DNA from: Octopus sinensis
Lineage: Eukaryota
Direction of reading: 5' to 3'
Assembly (NCBI RefSeq): GCF_006345805.1
Contig: NC_043011.1
Coordinates: 2,666,001-2,730,000 of the forward strand
Length of the DNA: 64,000 nucleotides
Shown: positions 12,223-24,612 of the stretch, in pieces
Numbering within the stretch: the first letter of the stretch is position 1
Layout of the letters: every line of letters begins with the position of its first letter
Made by a program: the position numbers and the translations under genes
Notes under the pieces: generated by a model
What the model was told of the DNA's origin: nothing
What the model saw: only the letters and a program-made list of their open reading frames with translations
The model's database searches: none

Positions 12223-13013
12223 AAATAGTGTATATTTAAATACATAGAGAATCCACTTATAGGGATTCTAAGTGCTAGAAAGAACAGCTAAGTTCTATAA
12301 CCACCAAAAATTGGGGATAAGATTCGACAGGAATAAATTTAGAAATTAAAAACATTTAAGGTCTAGATTCCTGGACCAATTGATTTCTAATCTTCTTTTA
12401 GTGAGTCGTAGAGATCTCACAGGGTCTGATTTTCGTCAACAGGAACCAACCTATCTACACGAGACAAAAAAGGTTATCTGTCCCGTGTACATACGACCTG
12501 ACCCTTCAAATTTTCTGTGCAGACGCAGACCATTTGTTGACTACAATAAACCGTCAACTTTTAACCGAAAATTATCCAAAAATTTGCAGTATTCAATAAT
12601 ATCAAAGGAAAATGGAATTTAATTAAAGTCAAAACATTCAATCAAAAATTACATTTCCAGTGGTCCAATGCGTAAAAAAGTTTTAGTCAAAAAGACTATA
12701 TATTAGTCATACAAAATAGTGTATATTTAAATACATAGAGAATCCAAGAAGATTAGAAACCAATTGGTCCAGGAATTTAGACGGTAAATGTTTTTAATTT
12801 CCAAATTTATTCCTGTCAAATCTTATCCCCAATTTTTGGTGGTTATAGAACTTAGCTGTTCTTTCTAGCGCGTAGAATCCCTGTAAATGGATTCTCTATG
12901 TATTTAAATATACACTATTTTGTATGACTAATATATAGTCTTTTTGACTAAATTTTTTTTACGTGTTGGACCACTGGAAATGTAATTTTTGATTCCATTT
13001 CCCTTTGATATTA

Positions 13014-13014
<1 letters not shown>
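12220..13014. repeat. About 491-bp unit with a 36-bp terminal direct repeat, followed by an inverted junction-spanning copy, within (TA)n
   Basis: ACAAAATAGTGTATATTTAAATACATAGAGAATCCA at 12220-12255 and 12711-12746. 12746-13014 is the reverse complement of unit end plus unit start. Confidence 0.85.
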
Positions 13015-13044
<30 letters not shown>

Positions 13045-13049
13045 TATAC

Positions 13050-13175
13050 AAGGTTTCTTCCAGTTTCTGCCTTCCAAATCCACTCACAAGTCTTTGGTTA
13101 GTCAGGAGATTTAGAAGAAGACAATAGTACATGGTACCACACAGCTGAACAGAACCTGAAACTATGTGGTCGAGA
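13050..13175 (-). mobile_element. SINE family A fragment (diverged)
   Basis: TTCCAGTTTCTGCCTTCCAAATCCACTCACAAG... Confidence 0.65.
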
Positions 13176-15021
13176 AGTGAACAATAAAAATTCATTATAA
13201 ATTACCAGCTGAGATTTTGAATGTAAATGATATTAACAAAGGACTCTATAAACATGAATTTGAAGCAAAAAAAAAAAAATGTATAACAAACCTGCTGATG
13301 GGACACAAGCAATGTATCTAACCAGACGAGTACGTTATCAATAATGCCACACTGTGTTGGCATTTCCTTCCTTCTTTATTTACTTATAAATGTCAGTATG
13401 ATTTTAACTACGTTATTAATCTTCTCAGCATCTTGCCTGCGTCACAGACAATTTCTCATCACTTTAGTACTCACAGAGATCAGTTGTGTGCACTAATATC
13501 TGACATGCATCAACATATATAAAATCTTGATCGATGCTTTTGATGAGAAACCATAAAATACAAATAAAGTATATGCAAATCTAATATTTTTAAGGTAAAC
13601 AATGCTAATTATTATGTCTCTATAAACATGGTAGCTATTTCACTGTGTATGCATATTGTTGCTGTCATTGTTGTTGTTTAGCCCTAGGCTAGCTCTGCTT
13701 ATGCAAACTTGTGATCAAAATCCATTGCTTTAGGTACAGTTTTTATCTAAGAATGAATTATGTAATATGTCCCACCTTTTCTAACTTTGGTAAAATGTGA
13801 TTTGCAGAAGGTTTGGGAACCAATTTTTGTATGGCAAGCAATCACATATAGGCCTCTTCACTAGACTGCTATAAATATAAATTTATTGTTTGTGTAGATT
13901 AAACATAAAAGCAATTTTACACCACTGTTGTATTGTACACTGAAGAGTTTTCTATGTCAGACTTGCTGACTAAGAGTTATGATCAGAAAGTTCTAGAAAG
14001 TGCTCAGAAAATATTGTACTGAGAAATTTTTCTTGTTGTAGCTAAGATGCCATGAATTAAAATACAATAAAATCTGTATCTTAATTCACTTTTCTCACGC
14101 AAAAAAGTTTGTATCTCTCTGATGTGATGATAACAAAATAGAATATTTTTCTGATGAATTATGTCTTATATATATATTTATTTTTCTCTTCTTTTGAATG
14201 CTTAATATTCCTTTTGAATATAATTTTTCTTGAATAATTAGTATTGGAAATGAATTCTGAAAATAAATAATCTAGCATTGTAAGAATCAAAGTGAATTCT
14301 TTCTTGAGTGAAAGAACACAAGTTTCAATAAAAGCTAGTGGTATCATTGCTGCCAAAATAGGCAAAGATTGAAAGTTTTTCTCCATTTAATGAAGTGGAG
14401 TGATATAAAAAATACTTTTCATCACAAATAGCAACTATATCAGAAAGATTGAAATGACACGTAAATATAATGTTGGCTTTTCTTAGCCAAAGACAAAATT
14501 GTTGCTTATGATAATATACTGAGGCATCAAGAATAGCATAATAATTCTACAATTCTAAAAAAATCTTTTTGTGTTTCTTTTTTTAACCACAGAACTTTCA
14601 CTTCTTTGATAAACTCTCAAAAGAATATTCAATAGTGAACACGGGTCAGCTTCAACTGATATGCCGCTTTGTTTGTAGGTTGTTTTATAGCCTTTCATTT
14701 GGATATATTCTAGAATAATCAAATATATCATCATGTACAAGACATAGAATAAAGCTTTTAGAAAAGAAATAGCTTAAATAGGTATAAATAGGCAATTAAT
14801 TATCTGCATCCCTTAGGTTATTAACAATCTATTAATTCTGTAGTAATTTGACAATCGATTAGCATTTTCATGTATTTAGTTACAGCTCATTATCTTCTAA
14901 CAATTCATTTTAAAATTGCTTACTAAGGTAATGCTAATTGTTTCTTGAAATGAAAGAAGTTTCTAGCAGTGTAATTATCTACAGGAGTTCCTTTATAGTT
15001 GTAAATGTTATTATTAATGAT

Positions 15022-15153
15022 AAGCTGGTAGAATTGTAAGAGTGTCAGACAAAATGCCCGGCAGTATTTGTTCCTGCTCTTTCTGTTCATTCTGAGTTCA
15101 AATACTACTGGTGTCATCTTTGCATTTCATCCTTTCAAGGTTGATAAATTGGT
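15022..15153 (+). mobile_element. SINE family B fragment (diverged)
   Basis: AGCTGGTAGAATTG...TTCTGAGTTCAAAT...TTTCATCCTTTCAAGGTTGATAAA. Confidence 0.7.
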
Positions 15154-15595
15154 ACTTCGTAGATTATAATTTGCTTTCCATTAACAGATTTAAGACATTT
15201 AACATATGTAGCAGAATTGACAGCTTTCACAAAGTAATAGAACTGAGAGATTTAAGCTAATAACAATAATAACACATGATTACTTCACAAATGACTCTAA
15301 TTAATCATTCTTGTTGTGTAATAATAAATAATAAATGAACAGAATAATATATTTACAATTAGAATTAACAGATTATCAAAATAATTCATTTAGCAATATT
15401 AGCAAACTCTATGTCTTGACAGGTTGCCTGAAGAGATTAGAAACTTAGGCAGTTGCTCAGGTCATCACATAATTGGGGGCACAAATCTTCAAAATAAAAG
15501 GGTAAAGTAAATAAATAAAATAGTAAATAAAGTAAATGACTTTGCCTTACATATGATAAATTGTAATATAGCGAACACTTTATTCTTATGTCTAA

Positions 15596-15815
15596 CCCTT
15601 TAGCATTCAGATTATTCTGTCAAATGTAATGCTTATATAATCAAATTGTTTTGAATTAATCATGCATTAAATTGTAGCTTTGAAATTTTGATCATATGAT
15701 TGCTTACTTTTAGAATGATATTATAGGGTAGGTTTGAAAAGCCAGATGTGGCCAATTCGAACATAAAACAGGTACAATAGTTGGACCTGATATGGCCAGT
15801 TTAAATGCTAAATGT
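15596..15815. mobile_element. piggyBac-type MITE (diverged)
   Basis: Ends (TAA)CCCTTTAGCATT ... AATGCTAAATGT; about 220 bp, the same size class as 62777-62995. Confidence 0.55.
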
Positions 15816-16257
15816 TTGAAGTTTTGCTCTGTGAAAAAGGGTGTCAAAATTTAGCTTGCTTGAGGTGTCTAGAGTATGATACAAGTGAGTTGAAATACAA
15901 AATATTTTCTGATAAATAAGAACTCAGAGAAAACTAAACAAATGCTAAACTGCTTATCAAATATAGAATTCATCTGTTGATACTAAAAGAGTTTGTCCAA
16001 TTACTCTCAGCTATTTTCTCCTTAACTTTCTCAAGTATACACTTTTTGGCCTACATTTTTGGCCAAGCTAGGTGACATATTTATTTTGGTTTTATTTTTC
16101 CCTTCAGTAGCCTTAATCATCTTAGCTTGAAATATTTATGGTATGTTGATATCCTATAAATATAAAAGATTTAGGATAAGCAAACAGATCCAACATCGAA
16201 CTTAAATTTTCATCAATTGTGTGATACTGATATATAAGACTATTATCTATATATTGG

Positions 16258-16468
16258 TTTCAAAGTTTGGCACAAGGCCTGCAGTTCTAAGGTAGGTGGT
16301 AATTTGATTACATCAACACCAGTGCTCAACTGGTATTTATTTTATCAATCTCAAAAGGATGAAGGGTAAAGTCAATCTAGGCAGAATTTGAACTCAAGAT
16401 GTAAAGATGAATGAAATGCTGCCAAGCATTTTGCCTATGTGCCAACAAGTCTGCCAGCTTGCTGCCTT
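16258..16468 (-). mobile_element. SINE family B, alternative tail (diverged)
   Basis: TTTGGCACAAGGCC...AAAAGGATGAAGGGTAAAGTC...GAATTTGAACTCA...CTGCCAGCT is the reverse complement of family B. Confidence 0.75.
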
Positions 16469-16940
16469 ATTATAATATATATGTTAATACAATAGTACAT
16501 TCCTACCTACCTTCCATGTTTTGCTAAGGCAAGTAACGCAAATGAAATGAGAAGTAAACAGTAGATAGTTATGTTAGTTGTGGTGGTGGACCTGTTGGCT
16601 GTGACTGTAGATTGAAAGTGATGAATGGAGAAAAATACAGAGAAAGATAGAGAGTGAAACAAATACAAACAGACAAGCAGGGAGATGGGGGTGGAGAGAG
16701 AAAAAAAGAGATATAAACAGTGGAATCAATGAATACATAGAAAGAGAAAACAGGAGAAATAAAGATTGAGACAAAATAAGACAGAGAATTCTAAGAAGTG
16801 AGAGACTGTATTGAAGTAAGCCTCAAGAGAAAGAGAATGAAGGTAATATGGAGAGTTAAATATGAAAAGGTGTGGAAGGAAAGAAAGCGTGTAAAGATGT
16901 AGTAAGAGGTGGAATATGACTGTCTTTGGTTATCCTCTCA

Positions 16941-16975
<35 letters not shown>

Positions 16976-17143
16976 ATTCTTGATCACTCTCTCTCCCTCC
17001 CTCTCTCTCTGCATCTGTTTGGAGTGTTTAGAAGTGTATCTTAGTGTATAAGATAACAGTTTCTCATGGAAGGGAGTAAGTCAAGCCTATCGAACCCAGG
17101 GAAGTCATGTTTTGCTACAAGAATGGAAACAATACTCCAATAT

Positions 17144-17180
<37 letters not shown>

Positions 17181-17327
17181 TTGTGTAATATATAAAGCTT
17201 AAGTGATAGTCAGTGTGTGAACTAATGATGCAACCATGGCATGCATATTCATAAATATTATATGGTAATTGTCGCAATTATAATATAATTATATATTTTG
17301 AATTAAGTATGATATATATACTTATAA

Positions 17328-17403
17328 CATGCCCCATATTATAATAAGGCATTAAAAGAAGCAGGATATAACTCTAATATATAATTCTTTAATTATTATG
17401 AAC

Positions 17404-17448
<45 letters not shown>

Positions 17449-18116
17449 TAACAAGTACTCCTAATAAAACTAATAATAAATCTAACAGTAAAAATATGAA
17501 TAATTATAATAAAAGACAATATAACAAACTAAATAAAGATAAAAATAATATAGTCGTTAATAATGATTATAATAATAATAGTAATAATGATAATGAGAAT
17601 ATAAGCAATAGTAAGAAACATAAAAATGTATACATAAAGAGATATAATATACCTAAGAATAATAATTTAATTCTAATGATGTCTGCTAATAATGATAATA
17701 TAAAAAATATATGGTTAATCATTCCGTATGGGGATCAACTTATAACTAGTATTATTAAGGAGACACTTAAAATAGTAAAAATGGTTTTTAAAATGGACAA
17801 TAATTATTCAAATATATTTTCCAATAAAACCATAAGAGTGGGATACTCAACATCAAGAAATGTAGACAATATCATTTCCTCTATAAATAAAAAGAAATTA
17901 AATAATTATTATAATAACATAATAAATAATAGCTCTAGCCATGATATTACCAATAGTGATGTAAGACTTAATCAACATTTAGAAAAATGTTCATGTCGTG
18001 ATAAGACTAAATGTGAGATTTCTAATAATTGTAATATAGATAATGTAATTTATAAATGTTTAGTTAGCTCTAAGAACAATAATAAAAACATTATAAATAA
18101 GGCTTGTATTGGGTGA
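17328..18116 (+). mobile_element. Penelope-like element fragment: RT C-terminus, Asn-rich linker and start of GIY-YIG endonuclease
   Basis: APYYNKALKEAGYN, an (AAT)n-derived N-rich linker, IWLIIPY...IFSNKTIRVGYS, Cys motif CSC-x5-C-x5-C, NVIYKC...CIG. Confidence 0.85.
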
Positions 18117-19904
18117 AGCCTTATGAACTTTTCTCATGTGAATAGAAAAATGAAACACAAAGAATTAGGATTTGTTAATGTTTTAGTAACATAGTCATGC
18201 AGCAGCAGAATTATAATATTAGCTTGACTGTGTCTTTTATGCCATTCCACACTTAAGATTGTTTACTGCTTGACATAGAGTGAAAAATAAGGTAGAGGTA
18301 GTGATAAGATCTATAGCTTTCAGAGATATTGTCACCTAAGATGGCACATACAATACTACTTATACAGAATTTTACATCATCAAAAGAATCAAATATTTCA
18401 GGCAAGATATACTTTCAAAAGAAACCATATATTTCATGCTTCTCTATAAACTTCTGGCCAACTTACATTTTTCACATAAACATGGAATATCCATAGGTAT
18501 TGTTAGTACTAGTTAGGCAGTGAAAAATATATCATATTCTTTTGTTGGTGTTTTTTTTTACTATTGTTATCCTATTTTTAACTGTGAAGGTATGTTATTC
18601 TAAAGAGCAGCACTGAAAATATGTTTTACATTTTAAAGATTTTTGGAGTTTTCTTCTGGTAAAATAGGAAGATAGTTGCAACAGATTTACTAGCTGCATA
18701 TCAACTATCATACTGGTTCATGCTCTTTTGTTGAATTTCATAAATATAGAAGCTATGAATTGAAGAAATTGTTGGCACTGTGTCAACTATAGCACTGCTC
18801 ATCAAATCAGAACTAAAAGTTTCTTGCACAGTATGTTTCCTTCATTAGAAGTAACGGCTAATAAAGATTATTTCTAACACAGTAGTTCAAACTAACTTGC
18901 TTCCATATCTAAACTGTAGGCATAATGCAATTGTTTATAACATTATTTGATGCCATTCTATGAGGGAACTTTAGTAGCCTACTAGACATCACTTCATCAA
19001 CAATAGCAGCTTCACTACTCTGCCTCTCTTGAATCTTGTTTGATATTCTTCAAAAAAGTTTTATGCGTATGTTAATACAAATTTGTCAGAGGATGTGCAG
19101 AGCTTATAAACTCCTGTGGTTATGAATATTTTAAATGAGAAAATTTATCAATCAATATTTGCATATTTATGCCTCAACTTGCCTTTACTTTTTTTTTTCT
19201 GTATTTTATACTTCAAATATGGCTGAATGTTGAATATTAGTTATTAGCTGTGGAGTAGTCATTGTCAACTTTATAAAAGTGTTTAACTTATTAGAAGCAG
19301 AGCATGAAGTATTGCAAAAAGAAAAAAAATATATATAAAATAAAAGTGATGGTTCTTTTGATGAACTGAAATTAACATCATTCACTGGGTAAAATATTGA
19401 AGTATAATTGCTGTATATTAAATCTCTCTTATTGAATATGCAAAGTCCATAGAGAAGAGAAAATCTACTGAGGGTACCAAACAGAAAACTGAAGTATCAA
19501 CAGTAATGAATATATTTTGAATTTAATGGTTGCAGATAAGGTTAGTCACAGAAGTTATTAGTCTCCTTCTGCTATTTAACTGGTGGCTTGTTAGTGGTTA
19601 ATGTCATTTAATTGCTGCTTAATGTGCGGTTGACGTTGTTCAACTGCTGATTATCAGGTGGATTATATTGTTATGTAACTGCTGCTCAAGAACTGATTAA
19701 AGATATAAAATACCTGGTTAAGTGATGATTAAAAGAAAGAAACTGGTAATTAAACAATATTTAAATAGCAATTAATCATTTTGATTTGCAACAATATATT
19801 ACTGAAGTCTCAAACCTAAATAGAGATATGACAACACTGAATAACGTTTAATTCTTAAGGACAACTGTTACTTAAAGACAGTTACATTTTCATTATAATA
19901 TATA

Positions 19905-20103
19905 CTCTTTTACTCTTTTGACTGCGGCCAAGCCGGAGCACCGCCTTTAATCGAGCAACTCGACCCTGGGACTTATTCTTTTGTAAGCTCAGTACTTATT
20001 CTATTGGTCACTTTTGCCGAACCGCTAAGTAACGGGGACATAAACACACCAGCATCGGTTGTCAAGCGATGTTGGGGGGACAAACACAGATACGCAAACA
20101 TAT

Positions 20104-20136
<33 letters not shown>

Positions 20137-20308
20137 CATATATACGACAGGCTTCTTTCAGTTTCCATCTACCAAATACACTCAGAAGGATTTGGTTAGC
20201 CCAAGGCTATAGTAGAAGACACTTGCCCAAGGTGCCACACAGTGGGACTGAACCCTGAACCATGTGGTTGGGAAGCAAGCTTCTTAACACACAGCCACTT
20301 CTGCACCT
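19905..20308 (-). mobile_element. SINE family A
   Basis: Near-full reverse-complement copy with internal CA/TA tract. Confidence 0.9.
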
Positions 20309-20309
20309 A

Positions 20310-20540
20310 TATCCATTCTGTCTGTCTGTGTGTGTGTCTTCTAGGATCTCGGGCATCCTCCATCCGATTGCACTCAAATTTGATATGTAAATACTGATGG
20401 TATCAGGGCGTGTATAAGTCTTCAAAAAATTACAAAAATCGATTCCAGGTGAGAATGCGATCGATAAAGCCGTGGGAACGTGTATTTGTACGCGCAAGTA
20501 CATCAGCTGTTGCGATTGACACGACGTGCACGTGAGTAAA
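20310..20540 (+). mobile_element. Probable non-autonomous Helitron/Helentron-like 5' segment
   Basis: (TGTC)n/(TG)n near the start followed by CCGATTGCACTCAAATTTG, a layout similar to the Helitrons at 46878 and 59666; no 3' CTAG end found. Confidence 0.4.
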
Positions 20541-21219
20541 ATGTCCGTGCAGTTTCCTACATGTTTTATCGGATAAACTTATTATTGTCCCAGGTATGTT
20601 CTCATAAATTCATCATTCTTTTCCAAATAGATTTACCTCCAGCTAACCCATTTGCATGCATCGTTTTTGTCCTGCTTTTCTTCCATCAACCTGTACATAA
20701 CTGCACCTTCCATCTTTTATTGCTTTTGTTCTGCTTAAAGGCATGTTTCTTTCCAGCGAAGCTTACTGTTTAAACCATGTTTGTGTTCTCCCAGTCAACA
20801 GCCTTATCATTATTGGTACTTTAAACTCTTTGGTTGCATAGTTGTGTGAATAAAATCGTTTTTCTTTGGAATAGAAAAAAAGTCTATCATTATTTCTTCT
20901 TTTGCTGGTGTCTCAAGTTGTTTTGAAAAAATTTGTTTAAATGTTTGACAACTCAACATTCGAAATGCAGAGTAGATAAAACAATGGACAACTGCTGAAG
21001 GGATTGTTCTTTATACTACCTGTCTCGTTTCTCATTGATTCTTTCGTTGTTCGAAAAAAGTTAGGCATTACAAAAAGATGGGATGTTTATGGCGAGAAGA
21101 CCTCTGATCTTAATGTATACTTGAGCAACGCAACAACTAACAATGCTACACCATACAGGGTGTTCCAGAACCAAGTATCTGTTTCAATGAAAATGAGCAA
21201 ATTAAAAAAAAAACTTATT

Positions 21220-21751
21220 TACATTATTTACATTTGATGGATATTTGTCCTCATCTTGTTTGTTGTAAACACAATGTTTCAGCTGATATACTCTCCAGCC
21301 TTCATCAGGTGTCTTAGGGAAATTTCAAACCTGGGTTCTCATTCCTAAGGTATTTTGTGATGTTTATTATTATTATTATTATTATTATTCAGGTCACTGC
21401 CTGGAATCGAACTTGCAATCTTGGGGTTAGCAGCCCATGTTCTTAACAACTATGACATATGTGCAGACATATGGTGTAGTGGTTAAGAGCATGGGATACT
21501 AACCCCAAGATTCTGAGTTTGATTCCAGGCAGTGACCTGAATAATAATAATAATAATAATAATATAATAATAATATTAACATCGAAAAATACCTTAAGAA
21601 TGAGAACTCAGGTTCGAAATTTCCCCAAGACACATGATGAAGGCTTGAGGGTATATCAGCTGAAACGCGTTAACAACAAACAAGATGAGGACAAATATCT
21701 GTCAAATGTAAATAATGTACATAATTCCTCATCTCTTAAATATAGAACTGT
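21220..21751. mobile_element. Head-to-head pair of tRNA-headed, hammerhead-carrying short retroelements (about 500-bp palindrome)
   Basis: Arms 21220-21461 and 21468-21719 are reverse complements. Reading outward each has a tRNA-like head (TAGTGG A box, GAGTTTGATTC B box), (AAT)n, a hammerhead and a tail. Confidence 0.85.
21268..21313 (-). ncRNA. Type I hammerhead ribozyme, near-intact
   Basis: GACAC CTGATGA A GGCTG-gagagtatat-CAGCT GAA ACAT T GTGTT. The partner arm (21629-21671) keeps ACG in helix III but has a mutated C3. Confidence 0.7.
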
Positions 21752-22049
21752 ATTAAAAAAAGCTGACAGAATTTTGTTTAGTACCAAAACAAATACTTTT
21801 ATTGAAAATTTTCAACATGTCTGTATCCCTGCATGCTTCAAATCTCTCCTTGACATTGTGAAACACATTTTGAAGCATTTCAGAAGTTAACTCCTGCACT
21901 GTTAACTGAATGTGTTCTTTAAGCTCAGCTAAACGACTACTCCATCTTGGGGGTGGGTGGAGGTAAAGAAAATGATTACTGCCAAATTGAAAAAAAGCTG
22001 TCATGGACAAATAAGAGGGGTCCAAAAGGTTACCAGCCCCTATCCACAT

Positions 22050-22350
22050 GCACATACACGCTCTCACATACACACACATGCACATCTTCGTTTGAGATCA
22101 CCACTACTTTATTATCTCCCCTTCTTCCTAGCTCTCCTGTCTGACCACCACCGTCCGGCATTTGCCATGATTGATTGCTAGCCACTAAACCTTTTTCATT
22201 TTCTCTCTCTGCTTATTTCCGTGTTCCTTTCTGTTGAAGAGCATAGGCTTGAAATGTAAAAGACTTTCTCATTTCCCAAGTGTTAAACTAATACATCTGT
22301 TATTTACAACCGGTCTTCATATTTTAGTTTTTTGTAAATTCCAACTGTAG
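22050..22350 (+). mobile_element. PLE-type 3' UTR element with a variant hammerhead
   Basis: Homologous to the reverse complement of 52262-52560 (CACACACATGCAC...GATCACCA.TACTTTATTAT...TTCCTTTCTGTTGAAGAGCATAGG...TGTAAATT.CAACT). Confidence 0.75.
22227..22262 (+). ncRNA. Hammerhead-like motif with CUGUUGA core
   Basis: CTTT CTGTTGA A GAGC-atag-GCTT GAA ATGT A AAAG. Confidence 0.55.
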
Positions 22351-23483
22351 CAATAATATATTAAAATTACAATAGTCTAAAATATTTATAACTGCCTTTC
22401 CTAAAAATAGTCTCAGAACTTTTTGGTTTTCATAGTAGAAGACACTTGCCTAACATGTTGCTCAGCTGGAGTGAACCCAATGCTACTTGGTTAGAAAATG
22501 AACTTAATCACACAGCAATGTCTGTACCATATTAATTAACCTGAATTAATCCCAGTTAATCAAAGATTTTCATTAAAATTATATTAAAGATGAAGCTCTC
22601 TCTTCCTTAATCTCTCACTCACAGACATACACACATGCACAGATATTTATGTACTAAATATATTTATGCATAGAAAACTTCCTGATAAAATTTAATATGC
22701 GTGTTTAAAATGTAAAAAAATATCTCTCTTGGTTTAAATTAAAAAAAATATTCTCGATACTGTAATAACTGATGTTATAATTTCATGATTTCACAAGAAG
22801 CTGCTGCTGGCAATACACATGCATACATATGTATGTACATACATACATACATGTATGTATTTATATATAAAGATAGATATATACATAAACATTGATATAT
22901 ATTTTTGTATGTATGTATGTATGAGATTGTGTGTATGTTTTTTTGGCTCTTCAAAATTAAGTTCATTTCATATTTGTTATGTAGTTTGATGCAGTTTTTA
23001 TATATATATATATTTTTAATTACCTTTACATTTATAATTTTCAACTAATTATGAAGTACTCAGGCTTTTGAGTCTCATGTCTGGTTCCAATATGACATCG
23101 CAAGGCAAACAAAAGTTGCTATGTATTGTCTATGTGTGCTGACATCACTCCTTTACTCATGTCAGACATGAACCCTTTAAATACATCATGTGGAGGTGTT
23201 TGAATGCATCAGTCAGAGAGATGTACTAGACCCTTTTTGCATGTTGGCTGGTCCTGGCAGATTCCAGACTCAGAGGCTTTGAGAGGAGCTGACATTCTGA
23301 GCTTTGAAGTGATGGTGCACACAATTATGTTAGACAGGACACTTTGTTTGTATAAATAATCAGAGAATTCCTGTGTAGGTCTTATATGATAAACTTGGTC
23401 ATGGAAAGTGCCCAGTGTGAGGTCCTTGTTGGGTGTTTAATTGGGAAAGCAATACTTGTCATAGCTATCAGTGAAGAAAACAA

Positions 23484-24391
23484 GGGGTTATGTGATCATG
23501 AGAATTTTCAGCCATCCATTCCTGTGTTACTAGAGCCATGTGAGATAGTGCAGAGTCTTACTGAAACTCATATGGCATTCCATTGCATACACTGTCTATC
23601 CAGGGCTTAATAATTATTTCCAGAACCTCAATGTTGGTGATAGAGTTAACTCTAAGGCCTCATGGAAAGAAGTATGAAGACATTATATGTCCTTCATTGC
23701 TGACAACCCCTAAAACCATGACAGCTGCAGGAAATTTTGTATACGTAATACTTGGTACTTCAGATGGGTCTGCACATAACCATCTGTTATTTCTTCTGTT
23801 AACTTTTTGATCTTGGTTGAAGTTTTTCTCATTTGAGGAAAACCAAATCAAATCTTCTTCTGCTGGATTTTTCAGTTTGTTTAAGAGCCTTTTAGATCTG
23901 ATGTAGTGATTTTCTTTTGCTTTTTCTGACAAATTGACCTTTCATCATCATATAAGACTTATATACCTGAAGTTTTCATGGACAACATTTCCGAATGTTC
24001 CTTCTGACACATGGAGATCTTTTCCAACTGACCTTGAAGACTTTCTAGGATTGTAATCATTGGTCTGTTGAAGTTGCAGGATAAATTCAAGTGTTCTGAT
24101 GATTTCAGAGCTTTTAGAATGCTTTTTATGCTTCGATATTGGTGATGTTTCCATATTCAGTCTCTAGCTCTTTACAAACTTTGTAGATGAAAGATCTGGC
24201 GACTTTTAAAACTCGAGTTATTTTAAATCACTATGCTTAGCCTTTATAACCACAATAACAGCATGCCTCTTCATTTCTTGAGTAAGCTAAGGGTCTGCCA
24301 TTATTATTTCCTGAAACAAAGATTATACAGAGTTAGCCAAAATGCAGCAATGACCCAAAACAGGTATTCCTCAAATACCTTACGTGCCCTG
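23484..24391 (-). mobile_element. Decayed Tc1/mariner (maT/DD37D-like) transposase gene, 3'-truncated
   Basis: RSKRLLNKLK...WFSSNEKNFNQDQKVNRRNNRWL...KFPAAVMVLGVVSNEGHIM...YEFQ*DSALSH; CAGGG terminus next to a TA run at about 24391. Confidence 0.85.
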
Positions 24392-24528
24392 AATATATAT
24401 ATATAAGATAAGCTCTACTACCTCAATGTTCTTAAAATTCAAATCAACATCTTTCTCTATATATCTACCTTCTCTATAATGCTATCAATTAATATGAAAA
24501 TTATGTATTAATGGAAAACCTATATAAA

Positions 24529-24612
24529 TGGCAGATGATTGCTCAAAATTTTAAAACTGTTGTAATACTTACAATATTTAATAAAATGATGTAGCGTGAA
24601 ACGATCGTACCA
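24529..24612 (+). ncRNA. Candidate hammerhead variant (CAGAUGA core, long loop II)
   Basis: TGG CAGATGA T TGCT-[about 48 nt]-AGCG T GAA ACGATCGT A CCA, inside a segment flanked by TGAATATATATAT on both sides. Confidence 0.4.

Larger units (their letters stand above)
21156..21940 (-). mobile_element. Tc1/mariner 3' remnant, interrupted by the 21220-21751 element
   Basis: TA-CAGGGTGTTCCAGAA terminus; minus-strand LAELKEHIQLTVQELTSEMLQNVFHNVKERFEAC resembles a transposase C-terminal helix. Confidence 0.6.

Noticed and set aside
14159-14740. Two protein-looking minus-strand ORFs (e.g. YIQMKGYKTTYKQ...PCSLLNILLRV)
   Set aside because: Acceptor-like sites are present, but there is no good donor and no recognisable domain; expected by chance
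15424-15455. CTGAAGA-GATTA-GAAAC hammerhead-like string
   Set aside because: No helix II, and helices I and III cannot be closed around a valid cleavage triplet
18700-19070. Minus-strand RFKRGR...DE-like mariner trace
   Set aside because: Too decayed to support or delimit
20560-21000. Possible pogo/Tigger HTH relic
   Set aside because: Only a vague resemblance, with no catalytic motifs or TIRs
23050-23480. Possible LINE endonuclease relic (similarly 29650-30120 as an RT tail)
   Set aside because: No diagnostic motif could be read with confidence
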